Source of the DNA: a virus
Lineage: Duplodnaviria; Caudoviricetes
DNA: 39,196 nt
Virus record (IMG/VR): IMGVR_UViG_3300038608_000019
Span: 1 to 39,196 of that record
Direction: 5' to 3' (one strand)
Both the position numbers and the translations under genes were made by a program. Numbering within the stretch: position 1 is the stretch's first letter; the number at the start of each line of letters is the position of its first letter. The notes under the pieces were generated by a model. It did not search any database. It worked only from the letters and a program-made list of their open reading frames with translations, and was not told where the DNA came from. This document shows, in pieces, positions 1 through 9,742 of this stretch.

Positions 1-9
1 GTGTAAAAA

Positions 10-477
10 ATGGGAGCGAATCGAAAATCATCGGCAGAAAAGATAGCGGCGGGTAACCCCGGAAAGCGTAAACTGCCTGCGGAAACCGATGTTCAGGTTA
101 TCACGTCCGCGCGGGCACCGGCTGGCATGGGCAATGCCGAAAAACGGTACTGGCATCGGTATGCAAAGCCGATGATTGATGCCGGGATGCTGACGGAGCT
201 TAATGTCAGCGACCTTACACGGCTTTGCAAATTCGAGGCTACCCTTGACTCAATGCTTGAACTTATGGCCAATACTGTGGGGTCTATGGTGCAGGAAAAA
301 AAGAATTATCACGGCGAAGTGGTTGACCTCGTGGAGAGCACCTACTCCAAAATTGCCCGGAATTACGCAGCTACGATCCGGAACCTAAAAGCTGATCTGA
401 AGCTTCGAACAGACAAGATGGCAGGATCATTTACGCCGAAGCAAAAGTCGAAGCCAAACGAATTTGAGGGATTCTAG
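10..477 (+). CDS. terS: terminase small subunit (P27-like)
   Basis: N-terminal GNPGKR motif, 'W...L..G.LT.L' core, upstream of terL. Confidence 0.85.
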   Translation: MGANRKSSAEKIAAGNPGKRKLPAETDVQVITSARAPAGMGNAEKRYWHRYAKPMIDAGMLTELNVSDLTRLCKFEATLDSMLELMANTVGSMVQEKKNYHGEVVDLVESTYSKIARNYAATIRNLKADLKLRTDKMAGSFTPKQKSKPNEFEGF

Positions 478-482
478 CTGGC

Positions 483-1241
483 ATGTCTGATTATCCAAAA
501 ACAGCCCTTCAATACTGCATTGACGTAACCTCTGGTAAAATACCAGCCGTTAAATATTGCTCAAAATGCGGAAATGCAAGGCCACATAGTGAATTTAAAA
601 AAAATAAAGGGCACAAAGACGGGCTTGAATCATCATGTAGAGATTGTCTTAAAGAATATAACAAAATCTATCGTTTTGCCAATAAGGAAAGAATGTCATA
701 CCTAAGCAGACAATGGAAGATTAAAAATAAAGAAAAGCATCTTGCTGGATCAAAAGCATGGAGAGAAAATAACCCGGAGAGACAAAAAGAAAATACTGAA
801 AGGTGGCGGAAAAATAATCCCGATAAAGTAAAAGCAATTAAAAAAAGATGGTATATGCGAAACCCAGAAAAAGTTAGAATGAATACCAGAATAACTGGCG
901 CACGATTAAGAGCAACTCCTTCTGGCAAATTAAAAAGAAATATGGGAATGATGATGTATCAATCTCTTAAAGGCAGAAAGATGGGCAGGCATTGGGAAAA
1001 CTTAGTTGGGTATAATATAGAAAAACTTAAACTACACCTTGAAAATCTCTTTAAGCCAGGGATGCTTTGGGAGAATTACGGAAAGGGTGGTTGGGAGGTT
1101 GACCACATAATACCAGTTGCGAGCTTTGATTTTGATTGTGAAGATAATATTAAGAAATGTTGGGCGTTAAATAACTTACAGCCACTATGGAGTCGCGAAA
1201 ATAAGATCAAAGGCAAGAAAGTCTATGCAGAAAGATTATGA
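483..1241 (+). CDS. free-standing HNH endonuclease whose first ~22 aa resemble the TerL N-terminus
   Basis: CxxC...CxxC finger, W-R/K-x-x-N helical repeats, C-terminal WEVDHIIP...NLQPLW..EN HNH motif; AT-rich. Confidence 0.85.
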   Translation: MSDYPKTALQYCIDVTSGKIPAVKYCSKCGNARPHSEFKKNKGHKDGLESSCRDCLKEYNKIYRFANKERMSYLSRQWKIKNKEKHLAGSKAWRENNPERQKENTERWRKNNPDKVKAIKKRWYMRNPEKVRMNTRITGARLRATPSGKLKRNMGMMMYQSLKGRKMGRHWENLVGYNIEKLKLHLENLFKPGMLWENYGKGGWEVDHIIPVASFDFDCEDNIKKCWALNNLQPLWSRENKIKGKKVYAERL

Positions 1242-2973
1242 AAAAATTGCAAATGAGTATTGTAAGGACATTATCTCCGGGAAAATCCCTGTATGCCAGT
1301 ATGTGAAATTGGCATGTAAAAGACATCTTGATGATTTGGAAAAATCCAAAGACCCATCATATCCGTATGAATTTAATCCAACTTTAATTGATAGAGATGG
1401 AAATGAATATAAACCAGCAAACAGGCGGTGCGGATTTACAGAACTATTGCCACACATTAAAGGAAAATGGATCGGGAAAAAAATCATACTTGAACCAGAT
1501 CAGGTTTTTGTCGAGAGTGCAGTATTCGGATGGATTAAAAGAAAGAATCATAAAAGACGGTTTAATATTGTTTATGATGAGCGACCACGAAAAAATGGCA
1601 AATCAACTCGCTTGGCCACTACAGGATTATATATGTTGGCATTAGATAGGGAACCTGGGGCGGAAGTATATTCCGGAGCTACTTCTGAAAAACAGGCCCT
1701 TGAAGTTTTCCGTCCGGCATGGCTTATGGCAAAAAATAGCCCAGCGTTTTGTGAAAAATTTGGAATATCTCTTTCCGGAACACCAAAGAATCCTACGAGT
1801 ATATATCGATTAGCAGATATGTCCCGGTTTGAACTGATGATAGGAAAACCCGGAGACGGAACAAGTCCTCATTGCGCCATTATTGATGAATATCACGAAC
1901 ATAAAACCAGCGAACAATTTGATACAATGAGCACCGGAATGGGATCAAGGGAACAGCCATTATTGTATGTAATAACAACAGCCGGAATAGACACATCAAC
2001 CCCGTGTTATGATATGCATCTGAATGCTATTAAGGTGTTAGAGGGAATAATTGAGGATGATTCCTTCTTTGCCATTATTTATACCATTGATCAGGATATG
2101 GATTATCGGGATTATGATGTTTGGAAACTCGCCAATCCGGGGCTTGGTGTGTCGATAGAGTCAGATTATCTTGAGCAAAAATATAAAGAATGTCTTATAA
2201 ACACAGCAAAGCAAAATATAAATCAATGCAAACATCTTAATTCCTGGATGAACGCCGGTGTAGCCTGGATGAACATGGTCAAGTGGGAAGCCTGCAAGGA
2301 TACGACACTGAAACTTGAAGACTTCATTGGGCAGCCATGCTATGCCGCCTTCGACCTAGCTTCGAAGATAGACATTTCCTCCCTTGTGCTGGTATTTGAG
2401 CACAACGACGGATATGCTGCTTTTGCAAAACATTACCTGCCGGAAGAGACTGTGCAGCTTGCCGGCAACGAGCATTACGACAAGTGGGTGAAGCAAGGTT
2501 TCATAATACAGACCCCCGGTGCCAGAACGGATTTCAAATATATTGAGGACGACCTGAAGGCTATTAATAGCGATCATCCCATCTGCGAACTTGCCTATGA
2601 TCCCCGCGAAAGCACTTATCTGATCAACAACGTAATGGAATGGCTTGGGCCGGAGAAGTGCATTGAAATTACGCAGGGCCCGGCGCTCATGTCTGAGCCA
2701 ATGAAAGAGGTTGAGGCCCTTATTTACGACTGCAAGCTCTGGCACAATGGCGATCCCGTGCTGACGTGGATGATGGGGAACATCGTTAAGCGGCAGGGAC
2801 GGAATACGGGGCCGGTGAAATATTATTATCCGACGAAGGAACGCAACGAGAATAAGATCGACGGCGGCGTTTGCGTGATTATGGGGGTGGGCCGGGCGTT
2901 ATCTCATCATGATGAACGATCACAATTCGAAGACATGACGAAAGATCAAATTCTAGCCGGCATGGCTTTCTAG
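1225..2973 (+). CDS. terL: terminase large subunit
   Basis: Walker A PRKNGKS, Walker B IIDEYH, coupling motif ITTAG, nuclease motifs FDLASK, YDP, KIDG. Confidence 0.97.
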   Translation: MQKDYEKIANEYCKDIISGKIPVCQYVKLACKRHLDDLEKSKDPSYPYEFNPTLIDRDGNEYKPANRRCGFTELLPHIKGKWIGKKIILEPDQVFVESAVFGWIKRKNHKRRFNIVYDERPRKNGKSTRLATTGLYMLALDREPGAEVYSGATSEKQALEVFRPAWLMAKNSPAFCEKFGISLSGTPKNPTSIYRLADMSRFELMIGKPGDGTSPHCAIIDEYHEHKTSEQFDTMSTGMGSREQPLLYVITTAGIDTSTPCYDMHLNAIKVLEGIIEDDSFFAIIYTIDQDMDYRDYDVWKLANPGLGVSIESDYLEQKYKECLINTAKQNINQCKHLNSWMNAGVAWMNMVKWEACKDTTLKLEDFIGQPCYAAFDLASKIDISSLVLVFEHNDGYAAFAKHYLPEETVQLAGNEHYDKWVKQGFIIQTPGARTDFKYIEDDLKAINSDHPICELAYDPRESTYLINNVMEWLGPEKCIEITQGPALMSEPMKEVEALIYDCKLWHNGDPVLTWMMGNIVKRQGRNTGPVKYYYPTKERNENKIDGGVCVIMGVGRALSHHDERSQFEDMTKDQILAGMAF

Positions 2974-2988
2974 TTATAGGCGCGGAAT

Positions 2989-3174
2989 ATGCTCGAACTA
3001 CCGAATAAGCGATATCTTACCCCGAAAGAGGTAGCATCCTACTATCGGATCAGCATCCGCACGCTCTATTCTTGGATTGCGGAAGGGAAAGTTGAGGCTG
3101 AAAGAATCGGGCCATCTCGTATTCTGCGTATCAGGCGCGAAGTAGTAGAACAGATATCCCGGACAGTCGATTGA
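2989..3174 (+). CDS. excisionase/MerR-like HTH protein, possible late regulator
   Basis: YLTPKEVA.Y.IS.RTLY.WI..GK pattern typical of HTH_17 proteins. Confidence 0.8.
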   Translation: MLELPNKRYLTPKEVASYYRISIRTLYSWIAEGKVEAERIGPSRILRIRREVVEQISRTVD

Positions 3175-3180
3175 AAATAC

Positions 3181-3232
3181 ACTGCATTGAGCGCAGTCCT
3201 GCGCAAAAAAAATCAACACAATCTGTTATGAT
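3181..3232 (+). promoter_or_regulatory. putative activator-dependent late promoter
   Basis: Extended -10 TGtTATGAT at 3224-3232, no good -35, upstream GCA repeats and gcgcag-tc-ctgcgc inverted repeat. Confidence 0.4.
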
Positions 3233-3473
3233 GCCATCCATGAAGATCATCATGCGAGCAGGAGTCTTTATTGCGTCTCTGGTCAAGGGCCTATGGAGTG
3301 CCTGTGACATCAGAGACGTTTTTGTTTTCGGCGGGCTAGTAATGCTCGGCTATGGGCTGTATTTACGCTGGGGGCAATGGCTGGCCTTCATGGTGTGCGG
3401 GGCATTGCTTGTGTTGCTTGGCTTGGGTTGGTTAACACGGGGACAGAAAGAGGGCCAACATGGGGATCATTAG
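3228..3473 (+). CDS. small two-TM membrane protein upstream of portal; start uncertain
   Basis: Two hydrophobic segments, overlaps portal start, common position in HK97-like phages. Confidence 0.65.
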   Translation: MMPSMKIIMRAGVFIASLVKGLWSACDIRDVFVFGGLVMLGYGLYLRWGQWLAFMVCGALLVLLGLGWLTRGQKEGQHGDH

Positions 3474-5130
3474 CGGCATGGAAAGACGAATGGCACTCGG
3501 GCCGATGGATGATAGTTGGTATGCTCCCGGAGGTTTCTTCTATGGCGGCGGCGGCGGATTACAGACAAAAACAGGCACACAAATCTCTGAGACCAGCGCG
3601 TTACAGCTTGCCATAATCTGGTGCTGCATCAAGGTGCTTTCCGAAGATTCTGCCTCGCTCCCCCTGCATCTATACCGGCGTATTAGCGGTGGCGGGCGTG
3701 AGCGGGCCACAGATAACAGCTTATATGCTCTTTTACATGACCAGCCAAATCCTGAAATGACCGCTATGTCATTCAGAGAGGCGTACATGTCGCATCTGCT
3801 TTCATGGGGGAACGCCTATGCCGAAAAAGTGTATGGCCGCGGAAGCGTCTCACGCGCTTTTGTTGAGCAACTATGGCCGATACCACCTAATCGTGTGACG
3901 CCGAAGCGGGATCAACAAAACCAGATAACATATCACATCAGCATGGCCGGGACAGGGAAGCCTGATGTAATTCTGTCGAAAGAGAAAGTTCTGCATACTC
4001 CTGGTCTCTCATTTGACGGCATCAAAGGCTATTCCCCTATCGCGTATCATCGCGAAGCAATCGGCCTTGGCAAGGCACTTGAAGAATTTGGCGAACTTTA
4101 TTTTGGACAGGGAACGCATCCAGGGGTGATAATATCACATCCCGGAAAGTTATCGCCTGAAGGGCACCAGAATCTAAAGGCTTCGTTAGCCGAAGCGCAC
4201 TCAGGACTCGGGAAGTCTCATCGTTTAATGCTCCTTCAAGAGGCGATGAAAGTTGAAAAAATCGGGATACCGAATGACGAAGCACAATGGCTTGAAAGCC
4301 GATCATATCAGAACATAGACATCGGCTCCCGGATATATCGTTTACCTCCGCAGATGTATGGCGAATACGACAAAGCCTCTACATATGCCAGTGCAGAGCA
4401 ATTCAATATTGATTATGTCGTAAAGACTTTGCGCTCGTGGCTAGTGCGACTAGAACAATCGTTCAATACGTCGCTGATCCCTGAACAATACAGGGCTGAT
4501 TTATATTTCGAACATGCGATAGGCGGTCTTTTACGGGGTGATTCGGCGGCGCGGGCATCGTTCTACCGTGAACTATTCCAGGTAGGCGGTATAACGCCGA
4601 ACCAGATTGCTGAAATGGAGAACTGGAATCCTATCGGGCCGGAAGGCGATAAACGATTTGTACCTCTGAACATGATTCCCTTGGATCAGGCCGGCAGGAG
4701 CGAACCGGAACCGCCGGCAGTCGAGCAAAACCGGATGAAATATCAAGAACGGCTTATGTCCGCATACCAGAGGCTACTTGACGGAGCGATTGATAAGATC
4801 ATTAAGCAAGAAGAACAGCGAGTGAGCTGGCTGAAAAAAACTGACGGTGATATTGATGAATTTTACCGGGAATTTCCTGAATACGTCGAAAAACATGCAA
4901 ATCCGGTGTTTTTTAGCTTTGCAGAGGCTGTAATTGGCATGGAATCGGAACTGAATGGCCTCAAATATGACGATTATAAGCCCGAAATTGAGCAATTTAC
5001 ACGTTCTTTTGGGAGTGATTTTGCCTCTAAATTCGCAGATGGGAGCCGTGAGGGGGGCACTCTCGGGGAATTGGCTGGCGGATTGATTGAATTTTTATGG
5101 GAGAAAACTGGAGAAAAACGCCATGAATAA
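3460..5130 (+). CDS. HK97-family portal protein with C-terminal extension
   Basis: LLHDQPNPEMT, GNAYA, GYSPI, LLRGD..AR, TPNQI...EN, VPLNM motifs. Confidence 0.95.
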   Translation: MGIISGMERRMALGPMDDSWYAPGGFFYGGGGGLQTKTGTQISETSALQLAIIWCCIKVLSEDSASLPLHLYRRISGGGRERATDNSLYALLHDQPNPEMTAMSFREAYMSHLLSWGNAYAEKVYGRGSVSRAFVEQLWPIPPNRVTPKRDQQNQITYHISMAGTGKPDVILSKEKVLHTPGLSFDGIKGYSPIAYHREAIGLGKALEEFGELYFGQGTHPGVIISHPGKLSPEGHQNLKASLAEAHSGLGKSHRLMLLQEAMKVEKIGIPNDEAQWLESRSYQNIDIGSRIYRLPPQMYGEYDKASTYASAEQFNIDYVVKTLRSWLVRLEQSFNTSLIPEQYRADLYFEHAIGGLLRGDSAARASFYRELFQVGGITPNQIAEMENWNPIGPEGDKRFVPLNMIPLDQAGRSEPEPPAVEQNRMKYQERLMSAYQRLLDGAIDKIIKQEEQRVSWLKKTDGDIDEFYREFPEYVEKHANPVFFSFAEAVIGMESELNGLKYDDYKPEIEQFTRSFGSDFASKFADGSREGGTLGELAGGLIEFLWEKTGEKRHE

Positions 5131-5239
5131 TCAATATGAACGGGCAGTTCTATCGAAATATGACACAAGAAAGCTCAAAAAAAAGGAAAAGGGGAAGAAA
5201 AATGAAAGAAAAACTAAAAAACGACATAGAACGTCGTAA
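5123..5239 (+). CDS. possible small basic protein (38 aa, MNNQYERAVLSKYDTRK...)
   Basis: ATG overlapping portal end with GGAG upstream; below the ORF track cutoff. Confidence 0.35.
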   Translation: MNNQYERAVLSKYDTRKLKKKEKGKKNERKTKKRHRTS

Positions 5240-5840
5240 CTTTCCCGTAACTGAGTTGCGGGCGATCACCGATGAAAAGGGCTTGAGACACATTGCCGGA
5301 TACGCGGCGGTATTCAATTCATTGTCTGAAGACCTCGGTGGTTTTCGGGAGAAAATTGATACTGGCGCGTTCAAAAAAACAATCGGGAGTGATGATATCC
5401 GTGCATTATGGAATCACAACGACGATTATGTTCTTGGCCGCAACAAATCAGGCACACTCTCGCTCTCGGAAGATGCACACGGCCTGAAAATTGATATACT
5501 CCCCCCGGATGCGCAATGGGCGCGTGATCTGATGGTGTCCATCGAAAGGGGCGATATTGATAAAATGTCATTCGGGTTCAGGACTGTCTCCGACAGATGG
5601 GAGATGAAAGATGAAGACGAGGTTAGAACGCTGGAAGAGGTGAAATTGTACGATGTCAGTGCGGTGACATTTCCTGCCTACCAAGATACTACCGTGGCTT
5701 TACGGTCACTTGACGAGTTTAACGCTTCCCTGATGGGCGGCGATGAAGGCGATGAACTCCTGATGGACTTCGAAGCCATAGCAGAAGAGGATGAATTATA
5801 TCGAAAGATCAACAAAATTGCAGAAGGAGGTAACAAATGA
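5202..5840 (+). CDS. HK97-family prohead protease
   Basis: GYAAVFN, ALWNH, MSFGF, LYDVSAVTFPAY; ATG 5202 preferred over 5136. Confidence 0.93.
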   Translation: MKEKLKNDIERRNFPVTELRAITDEKGLRHIAGYAAVFNSLSEDLGGFREKIDTGAFKKTIGSDDIRALWNHNDDYVLGRNKSGTLSLSEDAHGLKIDILPPDAQWARDLMVSIERGDIDKMSFGFRTVSDRWEMKDEDEVRTLEEVKLYDVSAVTFPAYQDTTVALRSLDEFNASLMGGDEGDELLMDFEAIAEEDELYRKINKIAEGGNK

Positions 5841-7231
5841 ACAAATGGCAAAAAATCATGAATGATGCTTTCAAAAAAATGGAAGATATCAGAAAGAAAG
5901 CGGAGTCCGAAAAGCGGGCAATGACCGCCGAAGAGATTGAAGAGCGGAATACACTTAAGGCTGAAATCGAAGCCGCTGACGCGGAAATGAGATCGGTCGA
6001 AGCAGAGGAAGAACTGAGAAAGAAATTGTTTGTCGATGACGGGAGCGACGACGGTGGTGCGCAGACGCGTGGGATTCCGATAGAGATTCCTGATCAGCCG
6101 ATCTACCGAGGGTCTCCGGCATCGCAACTTGGGCAACAGCTCCTCGACATTCGCGCGCTCTGCCTTCCCGGCGGACAGGTAGGGAGTAAGGAGGTTTCAG
6201 AGGCTCGCTCACGGCTGGAGCAGACCGAGAAACGCAACGCCACTAAGATGGCGGAGCAGGCCAAAAAAGAAGGACGTGCCGCAGCGACAGGAGGCTTTAC
6301 CATCGGCACCCCGTCTGACGGCGGATACTTCTTGCAGGGCGAAACAGCCATTGATCTGATGACCAACGGATTCAACAACAGCGTCGTGCTTCCCCGGACG
6401 CAATCGCGGACGCTGGGAGCTGGCACGCAGTATGTCGAGGTCACGTATCTCGATGAGACCAGCCGTGCTACCGGATCACGTGGCGGAGGTGTGCGAGTAT
6501 ATACAACTACTGAACTGGAAGCTATGACGGCATCCAAAACGAAGTTCAGAAAAATCCGCATCGAGCCGAAGAAACTGACTGGTCTGTATTACGCGTCCGG
6601 TGAAATGGTGCGCAATGTAACCTTCCTCGGTCAGGAAATGCGGCAACTGTTCGGCGAGGAGTTCGCCTTCAAAGCACAAGACCTCGTCATCAACGGAACC
6701 GGAGCGGGTGAACCTCTTGGTATTCTCAATGCGGGATGCCTTGTTACGGTGACGAAGGAAACCAATCAGACCGCAGACACAATTGTTGCAGATAATATTC
6801 TTAAAATGGAATCCAGACTGCTTAACGAGAACCCGGGTGTATGCTACCTGGTGAATCGCGAGACGAAACCTCAGCTTGGCGCTCTGTCAATCGCGGTCGG
6901 TACCGGTGGGCAGTTAGTGCCGATGTATCAGCAACAGTTCTATCAAGGTGTAATGCAGGCGTCCCTGAACGGTTTCCCCTGCTTCACCATCGAACAGGCG
7001 GCGGCTCTTGGTGATGCCGGAGATATTATTCTTGCCGATTTCAGCAAGTATATCACCGCTAACAAGGGTGATATCAACGAGGCGATGAGTATCCACGTCA
7101 ACTTTATTTATGACCAGGATACATTCAGATTCATTTATTATTTTGACGGCCAGCCGACACTGTCGAGCGCAATTACGCCCTACAAGGGATCAGCAACCGT
7201 TAGCCCGTTCGTCGTAATCGGCGCACGATAA
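5837..7231 (+). CDS. major capsid protein (HK97 fold, coiled-coil delta domain)
   Basis: N-terminal coiled coil, DGGY, INGTGAGEPLGILNA, GDIILADFS.Y motifs. Confidence 0.95.
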   Translation: MNKWQKIMNDAFKKMEDIRKKAESEKRAMTAEEIEERNTLKAEIEAADAEMRSVEAEEELRKKLFVDDGSDDGGAQTRGIPIEIPDQPIYRGSPASQLGQQLLDIRALCLPGGQVGSKEVSEARSRLEQTEKRNATKMAEQAKKEGRAAATGGFTIGTPSDGGYFLQGETAIDLMTNGFNNSVVLPRTQSRTLGAGTQYVEVTYLDETSRATGSRGGGVRVYTTTELEAMTASKTKFRKIRIEPKKLTGLYYASGEMVRNVTFLGQEMRQLFGEEFAFKAQDLVINGTGAGEPLGILNAGCLVTVTKETNQTADTIVADNILKMESRLLNENPGVCYLVNRETKPQLGALSIAVGTGGQLVPMYQQQFYQGVMQASLNGFPCFTIEQAAALGDAGDIILADFSKYITANKGDINEAMSIHVNFIYDQDTFRFIYYFDGQPTLSSAITPYKGSATVSPFVVIGAR

Positions 7232-7246
7232 AGAAGGAGGAAAATT

Positions 7247-7729
7247 ATGAAATTAGCTGAGGAAAAGAAAATTGTTCCGGTACTTAATTATGACGACATG
7301 GATACAGGTACCGCACTCGATGGTGATTCAATCAACATGAAAAATTATCATCGCGCGACGTTTATTGTGAATTTACATGATATTGGAACGGCAAGTCCCG
7401 TTCTGTATCTTTACTCTGGCGCAACTGATGGCGCTAAAACATCAGCGCTTACGTTCCATTATGCGTTCGGAAGTGCAGCGCAGGGGACGGCTGATTGTGA
7501 TGTGTTGGGAACCGATTCAACCAGTGCGGCACTTACGCTCACACATGGAACATACGACAATTACATGCTGATTGTCGAGATTGATGCTGATGCGATGGAT
7601 GTTGCTAATTCAGAGGAATGGCTGACTATATCCTTTACAGATCCCGGAACGGCAACTGGCCATGTAACAGTAACGGCGATTCTGGAGCCGCGTTATACAG
7701 GGAATTGTTCGGCAACTGCGTTGGCGTAA
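7247..7729 (+). CDS. putative head decoration protein
   Basis: AAGGAGG RBS right after capsid gene; beta-rich, 'DSINMKNY' pattern seen in post-capsid genes. Confidence 0.6.
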   Translation: MKLAEEKKIVPVLNYDDMDTGTALDGDSINMKNYHRATFIVNLHDIGTASPVLYLYSGATDGAKTSALTFHYAFGSAAQGTADCDVLGTDSTSAALTLTHGTYDNYMLIVEIDADAMDVANSEEWLTISFTDPGTATGHVTVTAILEPRYTGNCSATALA

Positions 7730-7737
7730 CCTAACCA

Positions 7738-7789
7738 CGGGGGCGGTGTAACAGCCGTCCCCATAACCATAGGGGGAACCGCTCCCTTA
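7738..7789 (+). other. two GC-rich intergenic hairpins without U tract
   Basis: ggggcgg...ccgtcccc and aggggg-aaccg-ctccct. Confidence 0.35.
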
Positions 7790-7817
7790 AGCTCCGGCAC
7801 GGATGGAGGTTGTTATC

Positions 7818-8381
7818 GTGAGCACGACAAATGTAAAAAGTAAGTGGGTTGATGGGAATCTTGTATTTTACGATTCTTCGATGAATGAAATTATGACATT
7901 CGACGGAACGAACAGAGAACTTTCATTCCCGTCAGGGAGTAAGCTTTCCGTTGAAACAGGTGCGTCTGTTGGAATTCCCAATGGCGCGATTACATCGGCA
8001 ATGTTGGCAAATGGCGCCGGAGTAGCAGCCCTATTAACTGCGGGACTTGGCGGGTCTGTGTCAGTAACAAAAACCAGTGCAGCAACGACAACGATTATTG
8101 CCGCTAATGCGGACAAAGCCCGCGCGTGTTTGGTCTTGGTGGTTGTTGACGAAACATATGATATCGGGACAGGGACCTTGCCGACCGTCAAAATCGGCGA
8201 AGATGGCGCAATCGAAAAGTGTATGGCGGGAACTGTTCTTACTGACGAAGCCGCAGGAACAGTGCTTGCCTTTGCATTTACGAACACGGCAACCAAAAAA
8301 ATAATTGTTACAACCACAGCGGCGGTAGGTGATGCTACGGGTGGATGCTCCATAACCGTTCTTGCTATACCGACAACTTAA
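7818..8381 (+). CDS. putative virion structural protein (head fibre/decoration-like)
   Basis: GTG start after GGAGG, Thr/Ala/Gly-rich, in head operon. Confidence 0.6.
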   Translation: MSTTNVKSKWVDGNLVFYDSSMNEIMTFDGTNRELSFPSGSKLSVETGASVGIPNGAITSAMLANGAGVAALLTAGLGGSVSVTKTSAATTTIIAANADKARACLVLVVVDETYDIGTGTLPTVKIGEDGAIEKCMAGTVLTDEAAGTVLAFAFTNTATKKIIVTTTAAVGDATGGCSITVLAIPTT

Positions 8382-8453
8382 TAACATCAGTGGGCGGCCT
8401 TCTCTCTCCGGGGTCGCCCACCCTCCCCAAAAAAGTGAAAGGAGGCACAGGAG

Positions 8454-8996
8454 ATGAATCAAAGAATAGGCAACTTATCAAACAGGTGGATCGGCCTTTC
8501 CACCGACACCAAACCGACAGCAAGTATTCCGATTGGAGCGACTTATTTTGAAGCAAATACCGGCTTCATGTTTATCTTCAACGGATATGGATGGATACCT
8601 AAGTCCTACATGCCTGGAACTACTGTCAATTACAAGCAAATCTCTCTTAATCAAAATGCGGCGGCTTACGACGTGATGACCGCCACGGCGCAGAACTTAT
8701 TTATTGATGCGGTGATTATCCACGTGCCCGATAATTTATCGGCCGCAGAAACTTTTACCGGAATTTCTGTCGCCACCAATGATGGCACTCCGATTGCTAT
8801 TCTATTGGAAGCGGCTGGCGTGAAAGCTAAGCTCACGGGCAACTTCTATCACGTCTATCGCGGGCCTTCTGTAACGGTAGCAACAAAGAAGATACAATTA
8901 ACTATCGGTGGTGGCGCGGCTGGCGAAGGCAAAGTGGCAGATGTAACGGTGCTTTGGCGGCCTCTTGTGGCTGGCGGATATTATCTTAATGCGTGA
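8454..8996 (+). CDS. putative virion structural protein
   Basis: N-terminal GLSTDTKPT...GATYFE.NTG module plus beta-rich C-terminus; good RBS. Confidence 0.6.
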   Translation: MNQRIGNLSNRWIGLSTDTKPTASIPIGATYFEANTGFMFIFNGYGWIPKSYMPGTTVNYKQISLNQNAAAYDVMTATAQNLFIDAVIIHVPDNLSAAETFTGISVATNDGTPIAILLEAAGVKAKLTGNFYHVYRGPSVTVATKKIQLTIGGGAAGEGKVADVTVLWRPLVAGGYYLNA

Positions 8997-9004
8997 GGTG
9001 TATC

Positions 9005-9037
9005 ATGATAATCACGACTACGGTGCAGCCAACATAA
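9005..9037 (+). pseudogene. 10-codon remnant MIITTTVQPT, probable original 5' end of the head-tail connector gene
   Basis: GAGGTG RBS; stop abuts HNH ATG; resembles [10 protein letters not shown] at 9727. Confidence 0.5.
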
Positions 9038-9742
9038 ATGAGAACAATTAAAAACCAGTGGCAAAAAGGGGCAGGTATAACGAAAGAAATTCTTTCTGAC
9101 ATGTATCTAACTCAAAAAATGAGCAACGTGGAAATAAGTAGGCATTTTGATGTCACCCCGCAGACAATATACTATAAAATGAAGAGTTTTGGTATAAAAA
9201 GTAGGCCACGAGGAGGGAATTTAAGCGGGCAAATATTCGGAAGATGGACCATTATTAAAAGAGCTGGAAAGAATAAAAGGGGAAGTACTCTTTGGCTGTG
9301 TCATTGTGCATGTGGCAATGAAGGATATGTCATAACTTCAGCGTTGAAGAATGGTTCTTCTAAGAGTTGCGGATGTCTAAAATCAGATTCAGCGAGAATG
9401 AGAAGTGGTATAGCCCATCCATCTTATAAAAATGGACGCACATATAAGGAGGGGTATATAATAATTTTGGATAGGACGCACCCCAATGCTAATAAATACG
9501 GGAAGGTTTCAGAACACGTTATGGTAATGTCAAAATATCTCGGTAGGGCAATAATTCCCGGGGAAACCGTGCATCATAAAAATGGGATAAGAGACGATAA
9601 CCGTATAGAAAATCTTGAACTCTGGGGTGGAAAACACCCTCCTGGGACAAAAGTTTCCGATATGGTTGATTTTTGTGTTGAATACTTAAAACAATATGCT
9701 CCCCATAAATTGGAAAAGGAGGGGCCATGCGCATACAGTTAA
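9038..9742 (+). CDS. free-standing HNH endonuclease (HTH + Zn ribbon + HNH_3)
   Basis: WLCHCACG...SKSCGC; EH.MVM..YLGR...[21 protein letters not shown]; AT-rich. Confidence 0.9.
   Translation: MRTIKNQWQKGAGITKEILSDMYLTQKMSNVEISRHFDVTPQTIYYKMKSFGIKSRPRGGNLSGQIFGRWTIIKRAGKNKRGSTLWLCHCACGNEGYVITSALKNGSSKSCGCLKSDSARMRSGIAHPSYKNGRTYKEGYIIILDRTHPNANKYGKVSEHVMVMSKYLGRAIIPGETVHHKNGIRDDNRIENLELWGGKHPPGTKVSDMVDFCVEYLKQYAPHKLEKEGPCAYS

Noticed and set aside
549-1290. Group I intron or intein in terL
   Set aside because: The interval is entirely an ORF with its own stop, with no visible ribozyme core or intein termini, and terL has a complete start of its own
2989-3174. Integration/excision module
   Set aside because: Xis-like fold, but no integrase or att-like context; position favours a regulator
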